Assembly: GCA_964234715.1 (NCBI GenBank)
Contig: OZ174278.1
DNA from: Podarcis melisellensis
Taxonomy: Eukaryota
Reading direction: 5' to 3' (one strand)
Length of the DNA: 64,000 nt
Shown piece after piece: positions 50,586-63,300 of this stretch; positions within the stretch are counted from its first letter, which is position 1; the number at the start of each line of letters is the position of its first letter. The notes beneath the pieces were generated by a model. The model was given only the letters and a program-made list of their open reading frames with translations, did no database searches and had not been told where the DNA came from. A program made the position numbers and the translations under genes.

Positions 50586-52774
50586 TATTGGGGTTTGTCT
50601 AAAGATTTATTTCTGTATATCGTTAGGAAATAGTGAAGTTGGTTACAAAGTTCTTTTCCATATTCCCCAGCAGGTCCTCCAGATGGTGATGACCTGTAAA
50701 ATGTGGTGTTGGAGAGTCGCCTCTCACCCTCCCATGCATAGTCCCAATATGTTCATGATGACCACAGTCCTCCTTTGCCAGACTCATGTTTATGATGTCA
50801 GAATTGTTTCTCAAGCTCTATGTGGAGTCATATTCTGCATGACTGAGGGAATATAATAAATAATGCTATTTTCCAAACAACCCTTGGTAAATAAAACATA
50901 CAGTAAAAAAAATAAGAATTCTTGTCTGGTGTTCTGACCATCCAGCACTTTCTGTGCAGGGCTGTTCTTCCTGGAATACTAAGACCATGGCTCTGTATTG
51001 GTGCACTGTTCAGTGATGTGATGGAAGTATTCTTTGAGTCTTAGAAACAAACCTCCAGGTCAGCCTAGAACTTTTTGATATGTGTGGATCTAGTGAGGAA
51101 GAAGAACATTTCCCAAGATAGAACATTATGCAATATGTGGGAGGGAGTGGAGGAGTAGGAACAGGAAGTGCAAGTGACTCGCTGTTTTTTTTTTGTATTC
51201 TTCTTCTTTGTATGTTCCAAAACAGAAGCTTCACATCACTTCTCCCACACTCCCTGCAGTGAGAAGCACAAGCTCTCAATGTGAGAACAGTTTGCATGGG
51301 GACAGATTTCCTCTAAAGTGCTTCAAGGATCATAGCTGTAAGGTTATTGTGGGAATGAATGGGGCTATGGCTATGTCATTCACTCAAGTGTGTATTGGAG
51401 ACTAGAGATCCTAGACTGAACCTTTGGGCATGCCATTCATTCTGCCATGGTTTGGCAGGAACATCACAACCCCTAATCCAACTCCTCAGGCAGGAGCAGC
51501 CCACCTCCTCTTTGTTTTGACTTTTCCTAGAGATTACTTGGCTTCAGTCTGTTGCTCATGGGGCACATGTGTGAAAGCAGCTGAAGTGCCATTCCAAGCG
51601 TTTAGCCTTTCTTTTGGGTTGCTGTGTTTTTCAGTGACTGGCTAAACCCGCTGTTCCAGGCATCCCTATTCAAGAGAACCTGCTGGGGTGGCGTTTGTGA
51701 GTATTTAGATTTGAGGAAGTTGAAGATCCCAACAGCCTGCTCTCTTCTGCATGTGAAAAATGCAAAAGCAAAGCCTTAGACTTGACTACAGAGAGGGGGA
51801 GGAGAGGGGGATGAGAGAGAACCTTTTAAACACACCCAAATGACCCATCTCTACTTAGCATGAAACTTAGCAAGTTACACCCACATTCTGAGCCAGAAGC
51901 GGAATGAAAGACTCACGCTTCCTCATTTTTTGTTGCTGGCTGGATCTGAGTGCTTTGTGAAATGAGACCAGAGGATATGTTGGTGCTACTGATTAAGGGT
52001 AAGTGGTTACCTTTGTAAAAAGAAACTCTGATAATTCTCCTGTTGGATATACTTTATAGCTCTTTTTTTGACTCCCTCCCTCTGTGTTTGTGTGTGTACG
52101 CACACTGTGCGTTGTGGTGTTGGACAGAATTATAACCTGCATGGTTATTTCCTCTGTGCTGAAAAGTAGGCATATCTCCCTCCTTCATGTACAATTAAAA
52201 GGTGCATTCTTTCCGAAGCATTTATCCCTCTTTGCAGGGCAGTAGCAGGAAAAGGCACATGGTTTTTGAATGTTAAGAAGTGCTGGATTTAGTAGCAGTA
52301 TTTCCTGAGAGAAAGAGAGGCATCTCATGTTACTCATTAAATATGCACCTTTTCCCAAAGCTGTCTGGTTCCATAATTACAGTTACCTTCTCTAGAACAG
52401 TTTAAAGCCGTCTTGTGAAAATTTCCAGTATCACTCACGATCCTGTTACGAGTAGTGAAACCTTGAAAACCGGGAAGGTTGTTTCTACAGCATTTACACA
52501 TGTAACGAAGGGCTCTGGTCTGCTGCTGTTGGACTTTCAAACTATTTCTGAACGCTGCAGTGCATTCTGCAGGGCTACTCTGAACTTTATTAAGGCAACC
52601 CCTAACTTTTGGGTTAAGGCAACACAGCCTTTTTGTAGTATGATTGTTTGTATGAGATATTGAAGCAGTGGTTCCCAAACTTTTTTTGGGCCGCTTCCCT
52701 CTTGGTTCCATAAATTCACCCCCGTGCCCCTTTCCCTGCCTATAAAAAGCATTCAGGTTAGCAGTTTGCATTTA

Positions 52775-53078
52775 GTTACTTTTTTATCTATAAAATTTGT
52801 ATACCGCCTTATATCCATAGTTCTCAGGGCAGCTCACAACATAAAATTCCCATATAGAAAACACAAAATGCGTAATAAAAATAAGAACAGAAACAAACCA
52901 ATAACCCTCACCCCCTTCCACAGCACAATTTAGATTGACTAGATGTCAATCAGCCCAAGGCCAGGTTGAAGGGGAATGTTTTTTTGTCTGGCACCTAAAG
53001 GCATATAATGAAGGCACCAATTGAACCTCCCTGGGGAGAGCATTCCACAAGCAGGGAGCCACTGCAGAGAAGTCCCCT
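52775..53078 (-). mobile_element. L2 LINE 3' end
   Basis: tttgtataccgcc...ctcagggcagctcacaac...ctccctggggagagcattccacaag..ggagccactgcagagaag is the reverse complement of the 4880-5020 L2 type. Confidence 0.75.
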
Positions 53079-53279
53079 TTGTAAAGTGATACAAAAAGAA
53101 GGAAAAAGGAAAAAGAACAAAACACAAAACTGTGTAAAGGGGAGCGGGAAACATTATAGGAATATATGCAAAAAATACCCTAACCCATACATCCTTTTAT
53201 AAATTTTATATTATTATCCTAATTCTAATAGAAATATTAATAGTCTACTACATTTTGTATTAATACCACATTTTGTATA

Positions 53280-54323
53280 GGGACGCTGGTGGAGCTGTGG
53301 TCTAAACCAGTGTTTCCCAAACGTTTTTGGGCAACGGCACACCTGTTTACTGAAAAAAAATCTCGCGGCACACCACCATTAAAGCCCCGCCTCGTGACGT
53401 CAGCGTGCAGCGTCACGCCGGGAGGGACGCACAAAAGTGAAAGTTTTTTCCCTCCCCCTTGCTGGGGAACCTCCAAGCTTTGGGGGTGGGAGGAGGCAGC
53501 AGAGCGAGGGACTGAGGGACGGCGGCAACTGAGGCGGCGGCGGCTGAGGCAGAGCTGGGAAGGGGGTTTCCAGGGGACACGGCAGCTCCTCGAAAGGCTT
53601 CTCTCAGCTGCGCTCAATCCGCCTCGGAGAGGATTTCCCCTCCGGTCCCATGCGTTCATTTGGGGCATCGCTCCGGCTGCTCCCTCTCCCGCCGCGCAGG
53701 AGCGATGCCTCTCTCTGGCTCTCCCTCCGCGCAGGCTGAGGGAGGGAGGGAGGGGCGCGTGTGACCCGTCTCTGCTGGGAGACCAAACCCAGCGAGGCAG
53801 AGTCGCGCGGAGGCGCCCAGGCAGCGCTGCCGGCTGCGAGGAGGAGCGCCAGGCAGCAGCAGGAGGCGCGGCCTCTCCTCGCCGCCGCCGCCCCGCCTCT
53901 CGCCGCCCGACTCGCCCGCCTCCCTCCAGGCATCTCGCGGCACACGAGGCAACGTCTCACGGCACACTCGTGTGCCGCGGAACACCGGTTGGGAAACACT
54001 GGTCTAAACCACAGAGCCTAGGGATTGCCGATCAGAAGGTCGGCAGTTCGAATCCCCACGACGGGGTGAGCTCCCATTGATCGGTCCCTGCTCCTGCCAA
54101 TCTAGCAGTTCGAAAGCATGTCAGGTGGAAGTCGATAAATAGGTACTGGAAAGGTAAACTGCGTTTCCATGCGCTGCTCTGGTTCGCCAGAAGCAGCTTA
54201 GTCATGCTGGCCACATTTGTCTGCGGACAAATGCCGGCTCCCCTGGCCAGTAAAGTGAGATGAGCGCTGCAAACCCAGAGTCGTCCGCTACCGGACCTAA
54301 TGGTCGGGGGTACCTTTACCTTT
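53280..54323 (+). mobile_element. Sauria SINE split by a hAT MITE
   Basis: Head gggacgctggtggagctgtggtctaaac resumes at 54010 cacagagcctaggg. Tail acctttaccttt. TSD cattttgtata (53269-53279, 54325-54335). Confidence 0.92.
53308..54001. mobile_element. Young GC/CpG-rich non-autonomous hAT element (694 bp)
   Basis: Perfect TIRs cagtgtttcccaa / ttgggaaacactg. Perfect 8-bp TSD gtctaaac. Subterminal cggcacac repeats. Confidence 0.93.
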
Positions 54324-55374
54324 GCATTTTGTATACATTTGTTCCAAATATTGTTGTATTTATCCAAGTAGAGTCTATGTCTGTAAGCAGTCCGTTCATA
54401 GGTTGCAAGTGTTATCCTATTATCAGTCCATTGATTAAAGGAGATAATATCTTTACTCTTACAGTTCATCAATATCAGCCTCTTGGCTACCATTAGAACA
54501 CATAAAATCAGTTTTTGTTGTCCAGTTGTTAATTTCCATATGGTAGGTATATAGTTCAGAAGAATATTCTCTGCTGATAATTGTGTGATATTATATAGCT
54601 AGAAATTAGCTGGATTCCAAACGTCATCCATTGACGTGGTACTTTGTCATCTAGAATAATTTCTCAGGGGCAGAGATAGAAAATACATTTTCTGTACCTT
54701 AATTAAGACAGGTGATTGCTGCTTGTGACACTTCATCTGATTATCTCAAAACCCCATTGTCAAGACAGTTATTCATTTTAGAAGTGTTACATTCCTGGGC
54801 TGATCTAAAGAGGATTAACATTTAAAAAAAAAAAAAAGCCTCTGAGAAATGCTTGTGTGGGTGTGTCACCTCATCTTGAGCTTAAAACTGATAATTTCAT
54901 TTTGAAATGCCCCGAAAATTGCTGTGGCAATTATGTGCTTAGGTATGGTAGCACCTATAAAATGCTTTATTTAGAGCACTTTTCCTTACTAGTTGTTTCC
55001 TCAAAAGTACTGTGCAAATGTTATGAAAGTGACCATACATTTCATGGGGCTTGTGTAGGATGTACTCTGGGTAGGCTGTCAGGGCCATACTTTCCAGCTT
55101 TTAAATATATGGAACTGGCTCTTGTGATTTTCCTTTCTATGGAGTCAGTGGTAAAATATTACTGGTACCGCATGTCTAGTATCTTAACATCCTCAGTAAC
55201 ACTGACTTCTGCTCGAGACAAAAATGCACTATTTTAAATATGCAAATTTGGTTTTAATATGCAGTTTTGGTTTGTTGATATGAACAGTGATTATTTGCCC
55301 ACGAGGGGATGAGGTGACAAGCTCCCAATTGTGTTTTGGAACAAACAGTCATTTTGCCAATTTATCCATATATA

Positions 55375-55732
55375 CGTAAAGGTAAAGGTACCCCTGCCCG
55401 TACGGGCCAGTCTTGTCAGACTCTAGGGTTGTGCACTCATCTCACTCTATAGGCTGGGAGCCAGTGCTGTCCGCAGACACTTCCGGGTCACGTGGCCAGC
55501 GTGACAAGCTGCATCTGGCGAGCCAGCACAGCATCGGAACGCCGTTTACTTTCCCGCTGGTAAGCGGTCCCTATTTATCTACTTGCACCCGGTGGTGCTT
55601 TCGAACTGCTAGGTTGGCAGGCGCTGGGACCGAACGACGGGAGCGCACCCCGCCGCGGGTATTCAAACCGCCAACCATGAAATCGGCAAGTCCTAGGCGC
55701 TGAGGTTTTACCCATAGCGCCACCCGCGTCCC
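55375..55732 (-). mobile_element. Sauria SINE (different subfamily), full length
   Basis: gtaaaggtaaaggtacccc...ctttcgaactgctaggttggcagg...agcgccacccgcgtccc. Perfect 13-bp TSD ttatccatatata. Confidence 0.92.
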
Positions 55733-57557
55733 TTATCCATATATAGCAAACCATTAATTTTGGATTGCCCAGAACATGGCTTGCCATATTTGAACCAGAA
55801 TCTGATCCAACTTTTCTAGTTATGTCTGAATTGGGCCACTGAATGGGGTGAGGTGTTAAGAGGAACAGCTCCAATCTGCTTGTTTACAGAACCATATTCA
55901 TTGGCTATTATCCCAGGTTGGTTATCTGGATATTGCCTAGAAGATTCCAGTGTTGTTCGGCCATCCTTTGCTATCTGTCTTGGGTCATTCACAGATTCTT
56001 CCCTATTAACCTACAAGAAATAAAGGCCTGGGTCTTGTCTTTTAATCTAAGGATGGAGGCAGCATCCTCGTTCCTTGTCCTTGTTTTGAGTTGCAAACTT
56101 GCAGTTCACATCATTTGATTTTCTTCTTGACTGGTGCATCCCATATTTCATTGTTGGCTTTCATAGCAATTTGGGGCATTCCTAAACATTGACCAAGCGT
56201 CTTTCAGCGCTCTTAAAATCAACAAATTAATTGTGGCAAATGGCCTAGAGTCAACTTCATCAGAAATATCCCATAAAAACCTTTTCCATAATCAATCTGT
56301 TCATTTTTATGGTGTCACCTGGTATGTGCCACTGCTTCAATGAATGCTCAGTCTTACCCTGATGCTGTTCACCTGTGCTTTATTATGAAAACTGATCATG
56401 CAAGAAAACCTGATACAACTAGTGATAAAGCTCTCTGGGTGAAACGGCAACTCGTCAACCGCTTGCATTTTTAATCCGTTTTCGCTTTCATAATAATAAT
56501 TAGTAAATCACAGCTGAATCCAGAATTAAGCGACCACAATGCTTAAGAGCAAATGTGCAAAGGGGCTAGGCTTAACATTGTTTCCTTTTAAAGTGTACTT
56601 CTGGGCTGTTGATTGCGTAGAGGGAGGGGAGGAGTGTGCGTCTAGCATGTTCCAGTGAGTTTTATGGAACAATAATCCATTGCTAGATGAGAGGAATAAA
56701 TTATTAATAGACTATAGCGTTTCAGCATTCTTGCGTGGAGATATTAAGGAGGTCAGAATACAGAGCACTGAACACAGGATTAGCAGAGTCAGGCTACAGA
56801 TACTGCAGAACCGGAGGGAAAAAGTTACACAAATCCCTTAAACATTTATAATTTAATTACGGTTGGGAATGGAATTGTACTTCAGCATTACTGCATTTAG
56901 ACTCAGAATGCAGCTTGCCTTTAAATATTTACTGCTGGCTATACCCACTCAAATAAACAAATGTGAAGATTTCCCTACTTTAGCTCAGCAGGTATGTTCT
57001 CTTTTGGTTGTTTGGCTGCTCTGTGGGACAGTCACAAGGCTTTCAAGAAGTCAGAACACAAAACATTTCCAACAAATCCAGCCCAAAAGGGGGTTGTTTG
57101 ATGAAACTCTGTGCAAATGTGGGGAAATGATAATCCACCTCACTTGATTATACTTTTCTTTATATGAAAGGGTGGATTTCTTTGTTTAGAAATGTTGAAG
57201 GTTTGGACGTTGTTTAGCCTAATGTTAAATCCTATAGATTGCAGCAGAATTAAAGCATTTGTGTACCGGTATATCTCCCTCATACGTGCTTAACTGGTTG
57301 GATCATGATCTCATGCAAAGTAAGTATGTTAAGCCATATTCTGTCTACCGTTTTTCATAGCAGAAGCAGATAATATGGTAATTCTTGGGCATATTAGCTT
57401 CTACCAGGTCAAGGAATGTGTCTATAATAGTAGCAGCACTTAAGGAAGGGTTAAGAAAAACAGCCTAGTGTGGAAAGAGGAAAAATACTTCACAACGAGT
57501 ATACAAAGCACTGAAGTGAAAACACTACTACAATTCCCTCAACCCACAAGGGTGGTA

Positions 57558-57693
57558 GCTGTTGCTAAGCTCAGTTGGCTGGAGTATGGTACTGACAACG
57601 CCAAGGTTGCAGATTCAGTCCCTGTAAGGGACAGCTGCATATTCCTGCATTGCAGGTGGTTGGAACAAATGATCCTTCCAACTCTGATTCTAT
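57558..57693 (+). mobile_element. tRNA-derived SINE with CR1 tail (Squam2-like)
   Basis: agctcagttggctggag...aacgccaaggttgcagattcagtccct...attcctgcattgcagg...ccttccaactctgattctatg. Confidence 0.7.
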
Positions 57694-60600
57694 GCAATAT
57701 CTATGAAATATCCCTGACCATTGGCCAAGCTAGTTGGGAGTGATGAACTGGGAGCTCAAAACATGACAGTAGAAACCCTCACTTTCCCCCTACACAGAAA
57801 TGGGTAGGATGCATTGAGATGGAGGGTTTTTTCCCTGAGTCTCTGTAAGGAGGGATTTCTCATGTTGCATTGAGCTTTGGGGCTATCTCAAGAGTTGAGT
57901 CCTTTGTCCTGCTCCAAAGCCCTACACAATATGAGATACCACCCTCCCCTGACTACTCTGTTACACACAGACACACACACACACACACAGCATAGGGGGT
58001 AGGAGAGAGAAGTGGTGACCATAAATTACGCCAGTCTAGGGCCCCAATTATTATTTATTTTATTTTATGGGGGAACTGCTTAATTAGAAAGTGCTCCAAG
58101 CATCTGTAATAATGCAAAGCTACATCTGCATCTTGTAGATTGCCTTTGTCTCATAAGAGGCAGATGATCACTGTTCTTGGCTAGCAGTGGTTGAGTATAG
58201 GCATACAACATAAGGAACTGTCCTATAGAAAGGGGCTTGGGTTTCCTCCATGCAACAGTCATGAATAATGAAGGTATAGGTTTTCACTGCTGTAATGGCA
58301 TGCCAGGGCGGCTTATGTGAAGTCTAAGGAAAATGTTGTAACATTGCTTTCTTGGGGTTCAGTAAGAACTTGAGCAACATATATCACCCTGGGAATAGTG
58401 AGGGCTCTTTGAGAGTACAGTTCTGTGGATTGGGGCTTTTAATACACTGGGCCCTGATGGTCTATCATTCATCAGCCTGAGGCATGAATAAAGCCCTGCT
58501 CCCTTTGGTGTATATTCTAGCATATGCATTTGTGAAGAAACTCTTGTTAAAACTTTTGAATGATAATGGCCAAGGCCTAGGGAAAGGCATCTGTTAGACA
58601 GGGAGTGGTCAGGTCAAACAGACCTGAAATAAAACCATTGACATAAAAGAAAGGCCTCTGTAATGAAGATCCCCCAGAGTTACAAAGTCAGTATGAAATT
58701 AAAAGCCTTGAGGTAGTTTTGCTATGTAGTTAAGCCAGAAGCCACAAAGACCAAAAGCACCACTAAACTTCTATCTAGTGATGACACGTTAACCCACAAA
58801 GCTTGCCTTCATCTTTGGAAACTTCAAAAACAGTTGCTAAGAAATTCTTTTTTTGTGGGGGTAATGGGAGGGAGGATATGAAGGCAGAAAAAGTGAGAAC
58901 CATAAGTGCTATATTCTGATATTTATTTGATTCTATTTATAAATGGTTTCCCATTAAAAAAAATCGTGTTGCAATTTCACAATCAGTAAGTAACTCCAGC
59001 TCCAAACACAGGGACAATGTGAGTTGATTAGAACTATTCATTCTAAAGTTATTACAAGATTTGTTCATATACTAAGGAAATTGTGGGTTTTTAAAATCTT
59101 TATTAACTTGAATATGGCTAAATGATGTTTACTTTGTTTCCATAACCAATTATTAGTTCACAGAACTCCAAGGCACTGATAGCATTATTCAGCTGCTTAG
59201 TTCTAAAACATGCCCATTCATTCCTTTGGTTTCATTCCAATTTTGCAGCTTTCCCTATCCCTAGTGCTCAAGAGGGCTGAAACATGTTCTTAATATTTCC
59301 AGCTTTTCAAGGAAGGCCTACTTGTGCTCCTAGAGCTGGTATTCAAAGGCAGTATGCCTTGACATTGCAGGCACATAGTCTAGTAGTCAACTGACAGCCT
59401 TATTCTCCGTGTATTTCTCTAACACCCTTTACAAAACCACCACTACATTGTGCGGTAATGAATGTTGTAGTATGCAGTTTGTACAGAGTCTATCCTGAAT
59501 CTTCCAACATTCTGCTTTGTTGGACGACCCCAGATTTATATTCTATGAGAGGGAGAAGGAAAAATAATTATCTCTATGTACATTACCATGCACAATATTT
59601 TAAAATAGTAATTGGAGGTGAAAATGTATGTAGACAGATAAATATATAGATATAGTTTTGTCAGCTGTGTCAGGGATCAGATGACCAGGTCACAGCAATT
59701 ACTATTTGGGGACAGTATTGGTGCAGTCAAAGCACATTGCTGGGAACTAGGATCAATTAAACCCACATTTCCCTCTCCCAATAGAGTTGAACATATATAA
59801 TGCGAATTTGCAGATTTTTTTTGCTTTTGCTTATATACGCAGATTTAGAAATAATTATTATAAATATAAATTTCTAGTGGGAAAGGCTGTGGCCAGGTGA
59901 CCTGTCTGTCTGCTCAGTCTGTTGTTGAGTTACTGTTCTGATTTGTCTTTGCTCTGGACTTAGACTAGGCAGCCTGGGCCATCCTCTGCAAGGGAGAATA
60001 CATGGCTACCCTAGTAATGGTGCTAAGAACTATCCGATGCAGATTATTTCTTCTTATCAATTAATTTAGTAGAAGATCATTGATGGCCATAGATTATATG
60101 ATATTACCATTTAAATTTTTTTAAATGCACTTTGTGAGTTTAATTAGTTATCTTTAGAGAGTCATTAGCCATTTTTCATTCCAAACTTTGTGTTTTCAGC
60201 CTCCAGGCTGTGCACTTCATGATCACCCAAAGTATTCTGTCGGTGCTTTACAAGTTATAAATTATTGGGAGAATGTTTCTTTATGTATAATGCTCCTTGA
60301 AACCCATCAATTACAGCTCAGTAGTTATGAGTAGTAAGAGATTTAATTAGCTTGTATTTTAGAGTTGCCATGGAGCATCTGAGTTTATATTTATTGATGG
60401 TTGCTTTTGTTGAAACAGATCAGAATACTAACTAATTTGCGGACAGCATTGTAATTATTGAGGGTTATGAGCACTGTTTTCTTTTGGCTGACATTTGCCT
60501 GGTTCTAAATACGAGCAAAACAATGCTGAACTTGTACTGCTGTGCTCACAGACTTATTGTGGCCTAGCTTGCAAACTTATATACAGCCTTTCACATAGGA

Positions 60601-63188
60601 ATGTCTAGAGCCAGCCTTGCAGATAAGGGCTGAAATAGGACATGCTTCAGCAGACCCTGAGTCTGGGAACCTAGCTGAAAAAAGCAATGGGTGAAGCTAT
60701 GGTTTGTAGAGGTACACAAGAAGGTATGGGGTTCTCCAATCCTTCCCCTGTCGTCTTGGTTATCCTGCACCCACTCCTTCCACTCTGATTCCCAGACAAA
60801 TGTTTGGCATTGTGTGTGTGGGGGGGGGTGAGGGACAGCTGCAGAAGAGAAATGGCTGGTGTATCTATCCCCCACCCTCTCCTTTTCCTTTCAAAATCAC
60901 GGTCTTCATCCACCAGGTATCTAGTTTGGCCTTAAGTCAACAGATGCCCTGCCTACACATACATGCCTGCTGTTTAGAAAAACTTTTCTAAATATTTTTT
61001 TCTTGACACAAGGAGGGTTCGAAATTAGCAGGTCACCAGATGCATTTTGCGCCTAAAGATTCTCCCATTTGCAAGCACCTCAAAAAGTCTGGGTGGCATT
61101 TTTTGCACCTGGCTGACACTCAGGGATTACTGAAACAAATGTGTGTTGAACCCCCAAAGCATATGTTAAAGACAGACTATATGCTAAGGAGTTTAACAAT
61201 AAAGAGTAGAGTGTTTTGAAAACTGAAGTATGATACCAATATTTTTATTATAAACACAAATTTAAACATGTATTAACAATTTCTGATAAAAATGTGATAT
61301 TAACAATGTGTCTCTAATGTGAACTGTGTATAAGTTCATGCTTATCAAAATAATAAATAAAAACTGCCCCCCCCCCACAATGGCGACTAGACATTCTGTT
61401 TTGGCAGCCACAACCCAGGTCCGAGGAGTCATTTGGCTCCTGGCTTTTCTATCCCAGTTTTTAATACTGGTCACAAGCAACCAGGAGAGTAGCTTACCGG
61501 TACCGCAAACTTAATAACTTTGGCAGTCCCTTGCAAAGTACTCCCATATTGTATAATTGCTGGATAAAAATCTGTTTTCCCCATGCAGAAGGCATTTGTG
61601 CATCTAATTCAGCTAATCACCTTATTTTAAAAACAAACCAACAATGACCAACCATGTGCCTACATATAGATTGCATTTTTCAAATGGCAGTGGATGGCTG
61701 TTGTCCGGAAGCTAATTATACTGGAGCAATCTTGTAGATTTTAAGAAGGCTGTTCTGTACTTCATAGGAGTGTCTGGATTTTACTGTTATGGTCAATTTC
61801 AACAGGAAATTGATTACTTGTGTGTGTTTTCCTATTGTGAAGGATACAAAAATTATGTGGCAAAATAAAAACAAAGCATACCAGTTTACAGGATTTCCCA
61901 AGCAGAAGATAACTTCAATAAGTTCATGGATATACACATGTGTGCACAACTATATAAAGCATGCATCCATTTGCCCCTTTCAGAATGTGCAAACACCTCT
62001 CTTTCTTAATTTGAAACATCCTTACACTGCCCGAGGGAGGTATTTGCATGAAAATATTATGTCTGGTTTACCTTTTGCTAGTCTGTAGACACCATATTTA
62101 GCAGTGTAGCTTTAGGTAAGCTTCTCAAATAACAGAGGGTGAGGGGGAATGTCCTGTGCATCAGAATATGCAGTCAACAATCCTGTATATGGTTTTGTTT
62201 CAAAATTTCAAAATGTGTTGAGGCATGTTAAGGCCTATGCAAAAGATGGTAATGGAATTCCTTTATCATTCCCTCAGTAAATATAGATAAGATGCATGCA
62301 TTTAAATATCAGGTTTCACTGGGCACTTTCTGGCATGCAGCTGCTTTTGAAACCAGCAAAACATCTATCTGTATGGCAATTGTTTGTTGAGAGGTGAGCC
62401 GTATATCATTCCAGAGAGACTGTTTTGCTTGCTTGGTGCTCTGTCATTCATTCATCTCAGGATCTGTCATCTTCAAACACCACCACCAATGGAAAGCCCA
62501 CTGTTTCTGTGGACCTTTGGTCGCACACTGCCTTTTGATGGCAGGGCTGATTGAAATCAGAGGCCCAAAATCTCCATCCAGTCTTAAGCGTGATTGAAAT
62601 GAATGGGACTTAAACACATGTTGGCTGTTAACTATACGTTATGCATGAACACATGTAATGGAACCCTGGTGCGGTTCTGTTTTAAAGAAAGAACAGTTTT
62701 GGAAAGAGGAAATCTTGTGCAGAGAAACTCGGGGGGGGTGTCTTTGTTTTCACCACCTGCTGTTTCTCCATGGAAAATTGCCCCTCCCCACCCCTCTTGT
62801 TCCATCCCCTACAGGGTGAAGAAAAGGGAGTATAGTTTTGAGTGGAAGCTTAAGCAAAACCCCCACCCCCTGCTGAAAGTAGCTGGAGGTGGAGAAGTGA
62901 TCAGAGGTGCCAGAGAAAAAAAACTGAGTGATCGGTGTCCTGTTTGCCACCCTTTAGACCCCACAGGAAACTTGCCAGGCCAAACCTGCTGTAGCCTGGA
63001 ACTGGGTGTGCTGAGAGCAGCTGAACATGAGGACGCTACATCTACCTTTGTTCCTTCCCATAAAAAGCAAGCCAAGAGTGGGAGACGAGTATGTCAGCAG
63101 GTTCCAGGGTGAGATTTGGGGGGAGTGATCTTTGAGTTTGTTGGGGCCCTGGGTGAGAGGCAGGAAGCTGAGAAGTCTTAAGCAGAGA

Positions 63189-63300
63189 TAGAATCATAAA
63201 GTTGGAAGAGACCATGAGGGTAATCTAATCCAGTCCCCTGCAGTGCAGGAATCCTTTGCCCAACAAGGAGCTCGAACCCAGAACCCTGAGCCATCCAAGC
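63189..63300 (-). mobile_element. Squam2/CR1-tailed SINE fragment
   Basis: tagaatcataaagttggaagagacc...atctaatccagtcccctgcagtgcaggaat...gagctcgaaccc. Confidence 0.65.

Larger units (their letters stand above)
53080..54670 (-). mobile_element. L1-clade LINE 3' fragment hosting a nested SINE and MITE
   Basis: 54335-54493(-) encodes VAKRLILMNCKS...NQWTD..ITLATYERTAY...LDKYNNIW, the L1 ORF2 C-terminus. The 3' UTR continues at 53080-53279. Confidence 0.7.

Noticed and set aside
53289-54080. Longest ORF (263 aa) and overlapping antisense ORFs
   Set aside because: It lies across the GC-rich hAT MITE and SINE. The low-complexity R/A/P/G content comes from stop-codon scarcity, with no transposase or other domain.
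62603-63112. 169-aa plus-strand ORF
   Set aside because: No recognisable domain, and it overlaps homopolymer-rich, repeat-like DNA.
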